A stretch of 64,000 nucleotides of DNA. It comes from Bacteroidales bacterium (lineage in GTDB: Bacteria > Bacteroidota > Bacteroidia > Bacteroidales > UBA10428). The position numbers and the translations under genes are program-made. The DNA lies in NCBI GenBank assembly GCA_016936215.1, contig JAFGPL010000007.1, forward strand, positions 12,448-76,447, given 5' to 3'. Position 1 is the first letter of the stretch; each line of letters opens with the position of its first letter. The notes below the pieces were generated by a model. That model was not told the origin of the DNA. It saw only the letters and a program-made list of their open reading frames with translations, and made no database searches. This document shows, one piece after another, positions 55,955 to 64,000 of the stretch.

Positions 55955-56875
55955 ATGTCAATGCACTCAAGAAGGAGTTTTCTGAACAAAGCTGCTGCCT
56001 TTGCAGCCGGCGGTTTAATCATGCCGCAAGTGTCTTTCGCCGGTAGTTCTGGCTCAAAAGACAAAAAAAAGACAAAACCTGCAGTACGCTATAAAATTGC
56101 CGTATGCGACTGGATGATCCTGAAAAGGCAAAAATCCGGGGCATTTAAACTTGCTCATGAAATTGGTGCCGATGGAGTTGAAGTTGATATGGGAGGTCTC
56201 GGTGATCGTACTACATTCGAAAACAAGTTACTCGATCCGGTTCAGAGAAAAATATTCCTTGATGAAGCAGCAAAATACAATCTTGAAATCTGCTCCTTAG
56301 CCATGTCGGGATTTTATGCCCAGTCGTTTGCCGAACGCGAAACTGTGCCTTTGATGGTAAGGGATTGCATCAACACCATGCAGCTATTATGTGTGAAAAC
56401 AGCCTTTCTGCCACTTGGTGTAAAGGGTGACCTGGTAAAATTCCCTCATCTCCGGCCTGTGGTAATTGAAAGGCTTAAAGCTGCAGCACAGATGGCAGAA
56501 GCAGCCGGAGTTGTAATTGGTATAGAAACAGCCCTTGATGCAACCGCTGAGGCAAAATTAATTGATGAGGTTGACTCTCCTTCAATTAAGATTTATTTCA
56601 ATTTTGCCAATGCATTGCAAAATAGCAGGGATTTGTGTACCGAACTTAAAATTCTCGGTAAAGACAGGATATGTCAGATCCATTGCACCGATGAAGACGG
56701 GGTATGGCTCGAGAACAACAAAAGAATTGATATGCCAAAAGTAAAGCAAACCCTTGATGAAATGGGATGGAGCGGGTGGCTGGTGATTGAACGTTCGAGG
56801 GATGCCAACAACCCGCGCGATGTGGTGGGCAATTTTGGCGCCAACGCAAGATATCTGAAGTCTGTATTTCAATAA
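55955..56875 (+). CDS. xylose-isomerase-like TIM-barrel protein (sugar phosphate isomerase/epimerase family) with a twin-arginine signal
   Basis: TAT motif SRRSFLNKAAAFAAGG, and the TIM-barrel pattern GADGVEVDMG ... IGIET ... IHCTD. Confidence 0.75.
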   Translation: MSMHSRRSFLNKAAAFAAGGLIMPQVSFAGSSGSKDKKKTKPAVRYKIAVCDWMILKRQKSGAFKLAHEIGADGVEVDMGGLGDRTTFENKLLDPVQRKIFLDEAAKYNLEICSLAMSGFYAQSFAERETVPLMVRDCINTMQLLCVKTAFLPLGVKGDLVKFPHLRPVVIERLKAAAQMAEAAGVVIGIETALDATAEAKLIDEVDSPSIKIYFNFANALQNSRDLCTELKILGKDRICQIHCTDEDGVWLENNKRIDMPKVKQTLDEMGWSGWLVIERSRDANNPRDVVGNFGANARYLKSVFQ

Positions 56876-56940
56876 AAATTATATATGGTTTAACTATGAG
56901 ATACTTTTTAAAAATAAACATCCAGCTTAGTCATCAGCGG

Positions 56941-57037
56941 CAGTATGTCAGATAAAAAGCAACTATACAGAAAGCTCCGTAGGAGCGACAGTATGGTAGA
57001 TAAAAACATTTAAACAATAAGCTCCGTAGGAGCGACA
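56941..57037. repeat. two tandem ~48-bp units, each ending in AAGCTCCGTAGGAGCGACA with a GCTCC/GGAGC mini-hairpin
   Basis: Read directly. The unit CAGTATGKYAGATAAAAA...AAGCTCCGTAGGAGCGA occurs at 56941-56988 and 56989-57036. Confidence 0.8.
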
Positions 57038-57057
57038 CAACAATAAAATAAATAAAA

Positions 57058-58944
57058 ATGATCCATCAAAAAATCAAACAACTCCTAAACATAATTTTAA
57101 TAATTGCTTTGAGTTTTCCTCTGTTTTCTTTCGAAATATGGGTTTCTCCCGATGGCTGTGACACAAACCCGGGTACCAGGGAAAAACCTTTGGCCACCAT
57201 TCTGATGGCACAACGAAAAGCCAGGGAATTGAGACGGCTGAACGACCCACTTATAAAGGAAGGCATACAGATCATCCTGAAAAATGGAAGATATCAACTC
57301 ACAGAATCACTGATATTCAAGCCCGAAGATTCGGGAGTTGAAACAGGAATAACTGCAGTTAAAGCTGCATCAGGAGCACATCCGGTTATTTGCGGCGGTG
57401 CTCAACTGAAGGGATGGAAAAAAGTTTCGGGAAACATACCCGGTATGCCTAAGGAGGCACAGGGTAAAGTATGGATGGCAGATGCTCCTGCTGTTGGGGG
57501 ACGGATTATTGAATTCCGCCAGATGTGGGTTAATGGTATAAAAGCTATCCGCGCCAGCAACCTGAACGATGGTCCCTTAGACCGCATACTTTCTGTTAAC
57601 ACTGATAAAGAGGAAATGGTTATTCCAATTCCCAAAACCGATATCAAAAACCTTTCGCATCTTGAATTTGTCATTCATCAATGGTGGGCAATTGCCATAC
57701 TGAGGGTTAAAAACATAGAGAAAATGGGCGATAGCGCCCGTATCACTTTTCATCAACCGGAAAGCCGCATAGAATTTGAGCATCCATGGCCGGCGCCGTT
57801 TATTGACAAAGAAAATAACCTGAATGGAAATTCGGCATTTTACCTGGTAAATGCTATTGAACTGTTGAACCAGCCGGGTGAATGGTACCAGGATTTGAGT
57901 AAAGGCAAAGTATTTTACTGGCCCAGGCAGGATGAAGAAATGAGCAAAGCCGATGTTATGGTTCCATATCTCGAAACTATGGTTAAGATTGAAGGTCATA
58001 CTGATTTTCCTGTCTCTCATATTTCATTTATCGGAATAAATTTTGAGCACTCAACCTGGCTCCGGCCTTCACGTGAAGGGCATGTTCCTTTGCAGGCAGG
58101 CTGGTCAATTACCGATGCCTATAAGCTAAAAATTCCCGGCACTCCGGACAAGGCGGGCCTCGAAAATCAGGCCTGGATCGAACGCCAGCCTGCAGGGATT
58201 ACAGTGCATAATGCAAATAATATCATTTTTGAAAGATGCAGCTTCAGGCATATGGCTGCTACCGGACTTGATTTCATCAGCGGAACGCACAATAACCTGG
58301 TACAAGGTTGTATTTTTAATGATATCGGGGGTACTGCCATACAGATGGGGTTTTTCGGCTCTCCTTCGTTTGAAGCACACCTGCCCTATAATCCGTCAGA
58401 TGAAAGAGAATTGTGCAGGTACGAAACCATTTCCAATAACCTGATAACAGATTGTACCAACGAGGACTGGGGATGTGTTGGCATCAGTGTAGGATTTGCT
58501 CATGATATCAAAATTATTCACAACGAAGTAAGCCATCTGAACTATTCCGGCATCTGTGTTGGCTGGGGATGGACAAAAACCATAACATGTATGAAAAATA
58601 ACCTGGTACATGCCAATTATATTCATCATTTTGCAAAAAATAATTACGATGTGGGAGGTATTTATGCCCTTTCTGCGCAGCCCAATACCGAAATCAGCGA
58701 AAACCGTATTGAGCATCTTGAAAAAGCACCCTATGCACATATCCCTGAACATTATCAATACATCTATCTCGACGAAGGTTCTTCTTATATCAGGGTGTTG
58801 AACAATTGGACAGAGAAAGACAAATTCTTCTCAAACTCACCCGGCCCCGGAAATGAATGGAAAAATAACGGCCCGCAGGTAGATTCGGGGATTAAAGAGA
58901 AAGCAGGGATCAGGAAACAATATCAGGATATTATAAGTAAATAG
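57058..58944 (+). CDS. right-handed parallel beta-helix repeat protein (candidate glycosidase or lyase)
   Basis: The N-terminus IWVSPDGCDTNPGTREKPLATILMAQRKA is typical of beta-helix CAZyme-like proteins. Repeated ...N.I..N.I... coil signatures follow. Length is 628 aa. Confidence 0.55.
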   Translation: MIHQKIKQLLNIILIIALSFPLFSFEIWVSPDGCDTNPGTREKPLATILMAQRKARELRRLNDPLIKEGIQIILKNGRYQLTESLIFKPEDSGVETGITAVKAASGAHPVICGGAQLKGWKKVSGNIPGMPKEAQGKVWMADAPAVGGRIIEFRQMWVNGIKAIRASNLNDGPLDRILSVNTDKEEMVIPIPKTDIKNLSHLEFVIHQWWAIAILRVKNIEKMGDSARITFHQPESRIEFEHPWPAPFIDKENNLNGNSAFYLVNAIELLNQPGEWYQDLSKGKVFYWPRQDEEMSKADVMVPYLETMVKIEGHTDFPVSHISFIGINFEHSTWLRPSREGHVPLQAGWSITDAYKLKIPGTPDKAGLENQAWIERQPAGITVHNANNIIFERCSFRHMAATGLDFISGTHNNLVQGCIFNDIGGTAIQMGFFGSPSFEAHLPYNPSDERELCRYETISNNLITDCTNEDWGCVGISVGFAHDIKIIHNEVSHLNYSGICVGWGWTKTITCMKNNLVHANYIHHFAKNNYDVGGIYALSAQPNTEISENRIEHLEKAPYAHIPEHYQYIYLDEGSSYIRVLNNWTEKDKFFSNSPGPGNEWKNNGPQVDSGIKEKAGIRKQYQDIISK

Positions 58945-59550
58945 GGTTTCCCGCAGATAGCGCAGATAAACGCAGAGGATAATATGGAAAATTCGGAACA
59001 CAGAAAGGATTTGAAAGAAAATGAGATATCTTATCTGATAAGAGGGGCGATATTTAAGGTTTACAACACACTTGGTCCCGGTCTATTGGAATCTGTGTAT
59101 GTTGCAGCTTTGGTTCATGAATTGAAAAAAGAAAATCTGGATGTGAAAACCGAAGTACCGGTACCTGTTATCTATGATAATCAAAAACTGGATTTGGGAT
59201 TTAGATTGGATATTTTGGTAAATGACCTGGTAGTTATTGAAGTAAAATCAATTGAACAACTTACTGAAGTTCATCATAAAATTGTATTAACCTATCTGAA
59301 AATTGCAAACAAGAAACTTGCACTTTTAGTTAATTTTAATTCTGAAAACATTGAAAAAAGTATTTTCAGAAAAGTAAATAACTTATAATCATTAAATTAT
59401 GTCAATTAACTGTGTTATGAAAATATCATCTGCGAATATCTGCGCCATCTGCGGGAAACCTCTTTTAACAACATTTGCGAAAATCCGCGCCATCTGCGGG
59501 AAACCTTTTTTGACAACTTCTGCGTCAATTTGCGCCATCTGCGGGAAACC
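58945..59550. other. cassette C: a GxxExxY gene with one left arm and three tandem right arms
   Basis: The left arm GGTTTCCCGCAGATAGCGCAGATAAACGCAGA (58945-58976) begins one base after the upstream stop. Right arms at 59429-59460, 59474-59505 and 59519-59550 have 45-nt periodicity. The first right arm (59429-59460) matches the reverse complement of the left arm at about 29 of 32 positions; the second and third arms are more divergent. Confidence 0.75.
58984..59388 (+). CDS. GxxExxY protein (PD-(D/E)XK nuclease-like superfamily), second copy
   Basis: It shows the same hallmark as the first copy: IRGAIFKVYNTLGPGLLESVYVAALVHELKKENL...IYDN...RLDILVNDLVVIEVKS...VLTYLKIANKKLALLVNF. Confidence 0.85.
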   Translation: MENSEHRKDLKENEISYLIRGAIFKVYNTLGPGLLESVYVAALVHELKKENLDVKTEVPVPVIYDNQKLDLGFRLDILVNDLVVIEVKSIEQLTEVHHKIVLTYLKIANKKLALLVNFNSENIEKSIFRKVNNL

Positions 59551-60232
59551 TCTTATCTTACATTCGCTAAAGTTTTCATTAATTTTTTTATTTCTATTTA
59601 ACGGATATTTAACCTCATTTTCCCAATCAAAAAACCCCTACCTGAACTTCAGTGAAGATTATACAAATGTAATCACAGCCAGGTCTGCAAAGATTGTGAA
59701 TACGCTCGATATTGCCGATTCAATGAAATATTACCGGGTTCTTTCGATAATTGTGGAACAATACCGGAACCTAAGCGCTACCCACGATTTTAAAGACGCG
59801 CTCATTAAGCAAAAAAAAGATCAGAATATTACCGATAAAGATGCACAAATTAATTCGGTAAAAGATTCTGCCAATGCCGCGCTCTATCTTATGCATGCCC
59901 GTTTTCTTGCTGTCCTCGCTTCAGAGTTGGATGCAAACCAAATAGAAAAGGTTAAAGATGGAATGACCTATAACGTTATGCACAACACCTACAATGCTTT
60001 TCTGGATATGTTGCCCGAACTCACCGGGGATCAGAAACGATACATCTATACAGCCCTCTATGAAGCACGTGAGCTGGCTATGGACGAAAGTTCTTCAAAA
60101 GCAAAGCATGCCATGTTTGGAAAATACAAAGGCCGTATCAACAACTATCTGAGCGCCCAGGGATATGACCTTGCCAAACGAAGCAAGGAATGGCAAGAAA
60201 GATTGAAAAATGAAGACAAAAGCAAGGAATAA
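59399..60232 (+). CDS. exported protein, DUF3826-like (tentative); its N-terminus is encoded by the cassette C repeat arms
   Basis: The mature part (ARSAKIVNTLDI...LYEARELAMDESSSKAKHAMFGKYKGRINNYL) resembles DUF3826 proteins common in pectin loci. The only in-frame starts (59399, 59420) lie upstream of three ICAICGKP-encoding repeats. Confidence 0.5.
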   Translation: MSINCVMKISSANICAICGKPLLTTFAKIRAICGKPFLTTSASICAICGKPLILHSLKFSLIFLFLFNGYLTSFSQSKNPYLNFSEDYTNVITARSAKIVNTLDIADSMKYYRVLSIIVEQYRNLSATHDFKDALIKQKKDQNITDKDAQINSVKDSANAALYLMHARFLAVLASELDANQIEKVKDGMTYNVMHNTYNAFLDMLPELTGDQKRYIYTALYEARELAMDESSSKAKHAMFGKYKGRINNYLSAQGYDLAKRSKEWQERLKNEDKSKE

Positions 60233-60257
60233 TCTGAATGCCGGACATTTATTAGTT

Positions 60258-60504
60258 TTACTTTGTGGTACTTTGTGTTTTTATGCCCCCGCCTGCCAAA
60301 GCAAAGCGGCGGGCAGGTTGGTGGCTAGCAAATAACCTTTTAAACGCTTTATAAGAAAATGCAGATGAATAAAAAAAAGAAATCATTGGTGACCGGGCAA
60401 AATAAAAAAATGCCACAAAGACTCAAAAACTCAAAGTCTCACAAAGTGTAACGTTTTATGGATCTATTCTTTGTGATTTCTTGGTGACTTGGTGATTTGG
60501 TGGC
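60258..60504. repeat. gene-less composite of repeat arms
   Basis: TTACTTTGTGGTACTTTGTG (60258-60277) and CCACAAAG...CACAAAGTG (60413-60448) are inverted relative to each other. Between them lies a GC-rich hairpin-like box, CCGCCTGCC...GGCGGGCAGG. A cassette-B-type arm, TTGTGATTTCTTGGTGACTTGGTGATTTGGTGGC, follows at 60471-60504. Confidence 0.6.
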
Positions 60505-60604
60505 AAAAATATTTATTAAAATAAACTCTGTTATAAACAATAATCTCGAAATGTACCTTATTCTTTGATTTTCATACAAGTAAAAATAATTTATCCGTTC
60601 AGTA

Positions 60605-61720
60605 ATGAAAAAAAATATTATAGTCATGTGGTTGTTATCACTTATCTTCTCATTGGGTTGTCATCAGCAACCTGAGATAGTTTCCGAAGAAATCATGCAG
60701 AAAATCTATGAGGAAGTAAAAACCCCTTATAAATACGGGCTTGTTCTTGTTCCCGACAGCAACGCATACAAGATGGATTGTCCCACCATCTTCAGGAAAG
60801 ATAACACCTGGTGGATGACGTATATTGTCTTCGATGGCCGCGGCTATGAAACCTGGCTGGCAGAAAGCAAAAATTTCCTCGACTGGAAGATCAATGGGAA
60901 AATAATGCAATTCAGCGATTCAGCCGACTGGGACATGAACCAGAAAGCCGGTTATCCGTCATTAATTAATTATGAATGGGGTGGGGATTACAAAATAAAT
61001 CAATACGATGACAAATACTGGATGAGCTATTTCGGAGGTAATTCCACAGGGTATGAAAAAGGACTATTATCCATCGGGATGGCCTTTACAGAATACAATC
61101 CTGCTACCGTCCATGAATGGAAGAGGTTGCAAAAACCGGTGCTGACATCACATGACGAAGATGTCCGGTGGTACGATAACAGCACGATGTACAAAAGCTT
61201 TGTAATGGAAGATAAAAAAAGACATACCGGACACCGGTTTGTAATGTACTACAACGCACGCGGCGATAGCCTGAATCCAAAACGGGGGGCCGAACGCATC
61301 AGCATGGCCGTATCTGATGATATGGTTAACTGGAAGCGATTTGGCAATGAACCGATTGTTAATCATCATGTGGGAATCTCGGGTGATGCAGTAATTCAAA
61401 AGATTGATGATGTATATGTAATGTTTTACTTCCGTGCCAACTGGCCCGATGGCAAAACAGTGGTTTACAACAGTTTTTACTGTTCATACGATCTCATTAA
61501 CTGGACAGAATGGAACGGGCCTCATCTTATCGAACCGACTGAAACATACGATGCACTTTTTGCCCATAAATCATATGTGATAAAACATAATGGAGTGGTG
61601 TATCATTTTTACAATGCGGTTGACAAACAGGGAAACAGGGGTATCGCATTGGCTGCATCTGTAGACCTTGGCATAAGTAATACTCATTTTAAATCTGACC
61701 AGGAATCTGAAATTAAATAA
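60605..61720 (+). CDS. beta-propeller glycoside-hydrolase-like lipoprotein (GH43/GH32/GH130-type fold; family unresolved)
   Basis: Lipobox IFSLGCHQ and repeated blade-like segments (NTWWMTYIVFDG, KYWMSYFGG, RFVMYYNARG, VYVMFYFRAN, VVYHFYNAV). Confidence 0.45.
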   Translation: MKKNIIVMWLLSLIFSLGCHQQPEIVSEEIMQKIYEEVKTPYKYGLVLVPDSNAYKMDCPTIFRKDNTWWMTYIVFDGRGYETWLAESKNFLDWKINGKIMQFSDSADWDMNQKAGYPSLINYEWGGDYKINQYDDKYWMSYFGGNSTGYEKGLLSIGMAFTEYNPATVHEWKRLQKPVLTSHDEDVRWYDNSTMYKSFVMEDKKRHTGHRFVMYYNARGDSLNPKRGAERISMAVSDDMVNWKRFGNEPIVNHHVGISGDAVIQKIDDVYVMFYFRANWPDGKTVVYNSFYCSYDLINWTEWNGPHLIEPTETYDALFAHKSYVIKHNGVVYHFYNAVDKQGNRGIALAASVDLGISNTHFKSDQESEIK

Positions 61721-61731
61721 AATCAAATATT

Positions 61732-62400
61732 ATGACTAAAGTTTTTGCCGTTCATACTGCACTGGCATTGGCAGAGCCAATTACTGCCCTGTTCAGGGAA
61801 CATCTTTCAGATGTAAAATTAAACCATATCGTTGATGACAGCCTTATTCAGGAGGTTATCGCCAACAATACTGTGACCCCGAATGTTGCTAAACGGCTGG
61901 TCAATTGTTTTCATTTGGCTGTGGATGCAGGGGCAGATATTATTTTTAACACATGTTCATCAGTGGGAGAAATAGCCCGTATCGCAAGAAACCTGGTACC
62001 TGTGCCGATAATAAAAATTGATGACGCAATGGCCATAAAAGCCGTTGAATTATCCGGCAGGATAGGGGTTATTGCTACTTTACCTTCAACATTGTTGCCA
62101 ACTGTGAACCTGCTTAAAATGATGGCTGCTGAGGTGAACAAAAAAATTGAAGTGGTTGAAGGTTTGGCCGAAGGAGCTTTTCAGGCTGTGATGTCAGGCG
62201 ACCGGGATACGCATGATGACCTTATCCTCAAAGCTTCTGAAAATATTGCCGGAAAGGTTGATTTGATTGTCCTGGCACAGGGTTCAATGGCAAGAATGGA
62301 ACAGAAATTGGCCGAAGTTACTGGGAAAACAGTTCTATCGAGCCCGCTTTCAGGAGTTTTGGCGGTGAAGGATTATATCAGAAAAAATATTATTAAATAA
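61732..62400 (+). CDS. Asp/Glu/hydantoin racemase family protein
   Basis: 222 aa with the two half-site motifs IFNTCSSVG and IVLAQGSMA. Confidence 0.7.
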   Translation: MTKVFAVHTALALAEPITALFREHLSDVKLNHIVDDSLIQEVIANNTVTPNVAKRLVNCFHLAVDAGADIIFNTCSSVGEIARIARNLVPVPIIKIDDAMAIKAVELSGRIGVIATLPSTLLPTVNLLKMMAAEVNKKIEVVEGLAEGAFQAVMSGDRDTHDDLILKASENIAGKVDLIVLAQGSMARMEQKLAEVTGKTVLSSPLSGVLAVKDYIRKNIIK

Positions 62401-62417
62401 TTGTTGTGGTTGCGCCC

Positions 62418-63659
62418 ATGAAGAAAAGAAATATTGTACTTACGCTGCTTGTCATTATTGGAGTTATTACCTTTCTTGACCGCATTAACATAAGTGTTGC
62501 CAGCACAGCCATTATGAAAGACCTTGATATTTCTGAAAAAAACTGGGGCTGGATACTTGGTGCATTTATTGCCACCTACGGACTTTTTCAGATGCCATTG
62601 GGATTGTGGGGCGACCTGCAGGGGCAGCGAAAGGTGCTGGGAATTATTGTACTTTGGTGGTCACTTTTTACCATATTGACAGGATTTGCCAACGGGTTTG
62701 TCGCATTGCTTTTGATCAGGCTCATGTTTGGTATTGGCGAAGCCGGGGCATACCCCTGCATGACCGGAAGTATTTCACGGTGGTTCCCGGCAGGCGAATC
62801 GGGTAAAGCCCAGGGATATATATGGGCTGCAAGCAGGGTGGGCGGTGCATTGACCCCATTTGTTGTCTATCCGGTTATAAATACGTATGGCTGGCGAATG
62901 GCGTTTTATCTACTGGGAATCGTGGGAGTTTTATGGGTTATTGCATGGTATCTGAAATACCGCGACCAACCATCTGAGGTAAGGGGAATAACCTCCGAGG
63001 AACTTAAAATCATTGAATCGGGCAAACAGGACAAACAACAAGTGAGTATACCCTGGAAGCATATCTTTCGTAATAAACAATTCTGGCTCTTGCTTTCAAT
63101 GTATTTTTTCTATGCATGGGGAAGCTGGTTCTTTTTCTCCTGGTTCCCGGTTTTTATGGAAAAGGGCAGGGGGTTTGTGAAAACAGAGTTGATGTATGCC
63201 ATTGCAATCCCTTTTCTTATGAGCATGATCGGCAATATTGCCGGCGGATACCTTAGTGATGACTTCTCAAAGAAATACGGATTGAAAAAAGGAAGGAGAT
63301 TACTGGGTGTATCGGGGCTAATGATATCTGCTTTGTTTATGTTCCTTGCAGGTTTTATCCCCGGTAAAATACAGGTGTTTATCTTTTTGTCACTTTGTTT
63401 CGGTATTATTGACCTGATGCTTCCGAGTGCATGGGCTATATGTCTTGATATAGGCAGGAAGTACAGCGGGGCTATTTCAGGGGCAATGAACACCGCCGGA
63501 AATATCGGCGGTTTTGCCTGTGCCACCCTTTTTGGGTATTTTGTAAAGGCTACCGGTAATTATAATTTTCCCTTGTATGTTATTTCCGGTATGCTCATTA
63601 TCAGCGCGTTCTTATTCTCACGCATTGATGCCTCTAAACCATTGGCAGAGGATAAATGA
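62418..63659 (+). CDS. MFS transporter, anion:cation symporter type (hexuronate/aldonate-like)
   Basis: 12-TM pattern with GLWGDLQGQRKVL and LIRLMFGIGEAGAYP motifs. ATG 62418 is preferred over GTG 62406. Confidence 0.85.
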   Translation: MKKRNIVLTLLVIIGVITFLDRINISVASTAIMKDLDISEKNWGWILGAFIATYGLFQMPLGLWGDLQGQRKVLGIIVLWWSLFTILTGFANGFVALLLIRLMFGIGEAGAYPCMTGSISRWFPAGESGKAQGYIWAASRVGGALTPFVVYPVINTYGWRMAFYLLGIVGVLWVIAWYLKYRDQPSEVRGITSEELKIIESGKQDKQQVSIPWKHIFRNKQFWLLLSMYFFYAWGSWFFFSWFPVFMEKGRGFVKTELMYAIAIPFLMSMIGNIAGGYLSDDFSKKYGLKKGRRLLGVSGLMISALFMFLAGFIPGKIQVFIFLSLCFGIIDLMLPSAWAICLDIGRKYSGAISGAMNTAGNIGGFACATLFGYFVKATGNYNFPLYVISGMLIISAFLFSRIDASKPLAEDK

Positions 63660-63880
63660 GAGGCTGTGTGAAAAGCTACTTCTCTTGTCATTCTGAATCC
63701 CGATGCATCGGGATGAAGAACCTCTTTCATGACCGAAGGGAATAATCTATATTTTTGAATATGAGATGTTTATTACATGAGATCGCCTGCCTGGATGAAC
63801 CAGTCAGACAGGCTTCGCTTAGTTCGCTATCGCTCAACATGACAAATCGTGCTAAAAAAAGACTTTTTACACAGCCTCTT
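63659..63880. mobile_element. complete MITE-like element (~220 bp) with AAGAGGCTG-type termini
   Basis: AGAGGCTGTGTGAAAAG (63659-63675) and CTTTTTACACAGCCTCT (63863-63879) match at 16 of 17 positions as inverted repeats. Internal boxes are TTGTCATTCTGAATCCCGATGCATCGGGATGAAGAACCTC and TTCGCTATCGCTCAACATGACAAA. The left end overlaps the MFS stop codon. Confidence 0.7.
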
Positions 63881-63888
63881 CAAATGGT

Positions 63889-64000
63889 TTACTTTTTCAA
63901 TACCTCAGGATTGACAAGATTAGGCACATTTTTGTCTTTATAATAACCGATGATATTTGCTGCTGCCATCAGCGACATGGCATTTCTTGCCTCAACCGTT
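63889..64000 (-). CDS. 3' end of a convergent gene, possibly a D-isomer-specific 2-hydroxyacid dehydrogenase (partial)
   Basis: Minus-strand translation ...TVEARNAMSLMAAANIIGYYKDKNVPNLVNPEVLKK*, with the stop complement at 63889-63891. It resembles the C-terminal consensus of that family. It is too short to appear in the ORF track. Confidence 0.35.
   Translation of the reverse strand, partial: TVEARNAMSLMAAANIIGYYKDKNVPNLVNPEVLKK

Noticed and set aside
60359-60451. 30-aa highly basic peptide ORF (MQMNKKKKSLVTGQNKKMPQRLKNSKSHKV) between repeat arms
   Set aside because: Its A-rich sequence overlaps the CACAAAG repeat arm, and no ribosome-binding context or conservation evidence is available. 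It is probably non-coding, but it could be revisited if the arms turn out to be cassette ends.
63755-63943. 62-aa plus-strand ORF
   Set aside because: It lies inside the MITE-like element and runs antisense into the convergent gene's 3' end. It is a repeat-derived artefact. The 2447-2854 ORF similarly spans the 2793 element.
1-64000. tRNA, rRNA, transposase, integrase, toxin-antitoxin or known defence-system genes
   Set aside because: I scanned for T-loop-type GTTCGAAyC motifs, rRNA-like conserved blocks, and DDE, tyrosine-recombinase, reverse-transcriptase or Cas-like ORFs. None was recognised. The only mobile-looking features are non-autonomous repeats and the small cassettes.

Overview
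The window is from a Bacteroidota chromosome, judged from a SusC/SusD pair, several type IX secretion (T9SS) C-terminal sorting domains, lipoprotein signals and TAnnTTTG-type promoter boxes. Bases 1-12000 carry ordinary housekeeping genes: sucD (5' truncated), fabG, prephenate dehydrogenase, metA, a RelA/SpoT enzyme and a PrsW protease. From about 12.2 kb to 63.7 kb lies a very large pectin / rhamnogalacturonan-II-like polysaccharide utilization supercluster. After a divergent GH2 gene, every recognised gene from 15174 to 63659 is on the + strand. In order it holds three blocks. (1) A LacI-regulated acid-sugar module: Fe-alcohol dehydrogenase, DapA-family aldolase, PdxA-family dehydrogenase, DUF1537 kinase and a Na+/solute symporter. 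(2) SusC/SusD, an FGE/SUMF1-domain lipoprotein and a 1346-aa T9SS protein. (3) A CE8 pectinesterase, three PL1 pectate lyases, GH140-like, GH43-like and GH78 enzymes, two sialidase-fold proteins, an (alpha/alpha)6 hydrolase, beta-helix proteins, an esterase, a TAT-signal TIM-barrel isomerase, an Asp/Glu-racemase-family protein and an MFS transporter. There are two main leads. First, the acid-sugar module could encode an undescribed route for the RG-II sugar Dha, giving pyruvate plus D-threonate and then DHAP. Second, there is a set of small cassettes in which a four-helix-bundle or GxxExxY gene is bracketed by inverted oligonucleotide-repeat arms. These arms intrude into neighbouring ORFs, and solo or gene-less arms and a MITE-like family with AAGAGGCTG termini also occur. 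No rRNA, tRNA, CRISPR array, transposase or integrase was recognised. All family calls rest on motif recognition by eye, not on alignments or searches.
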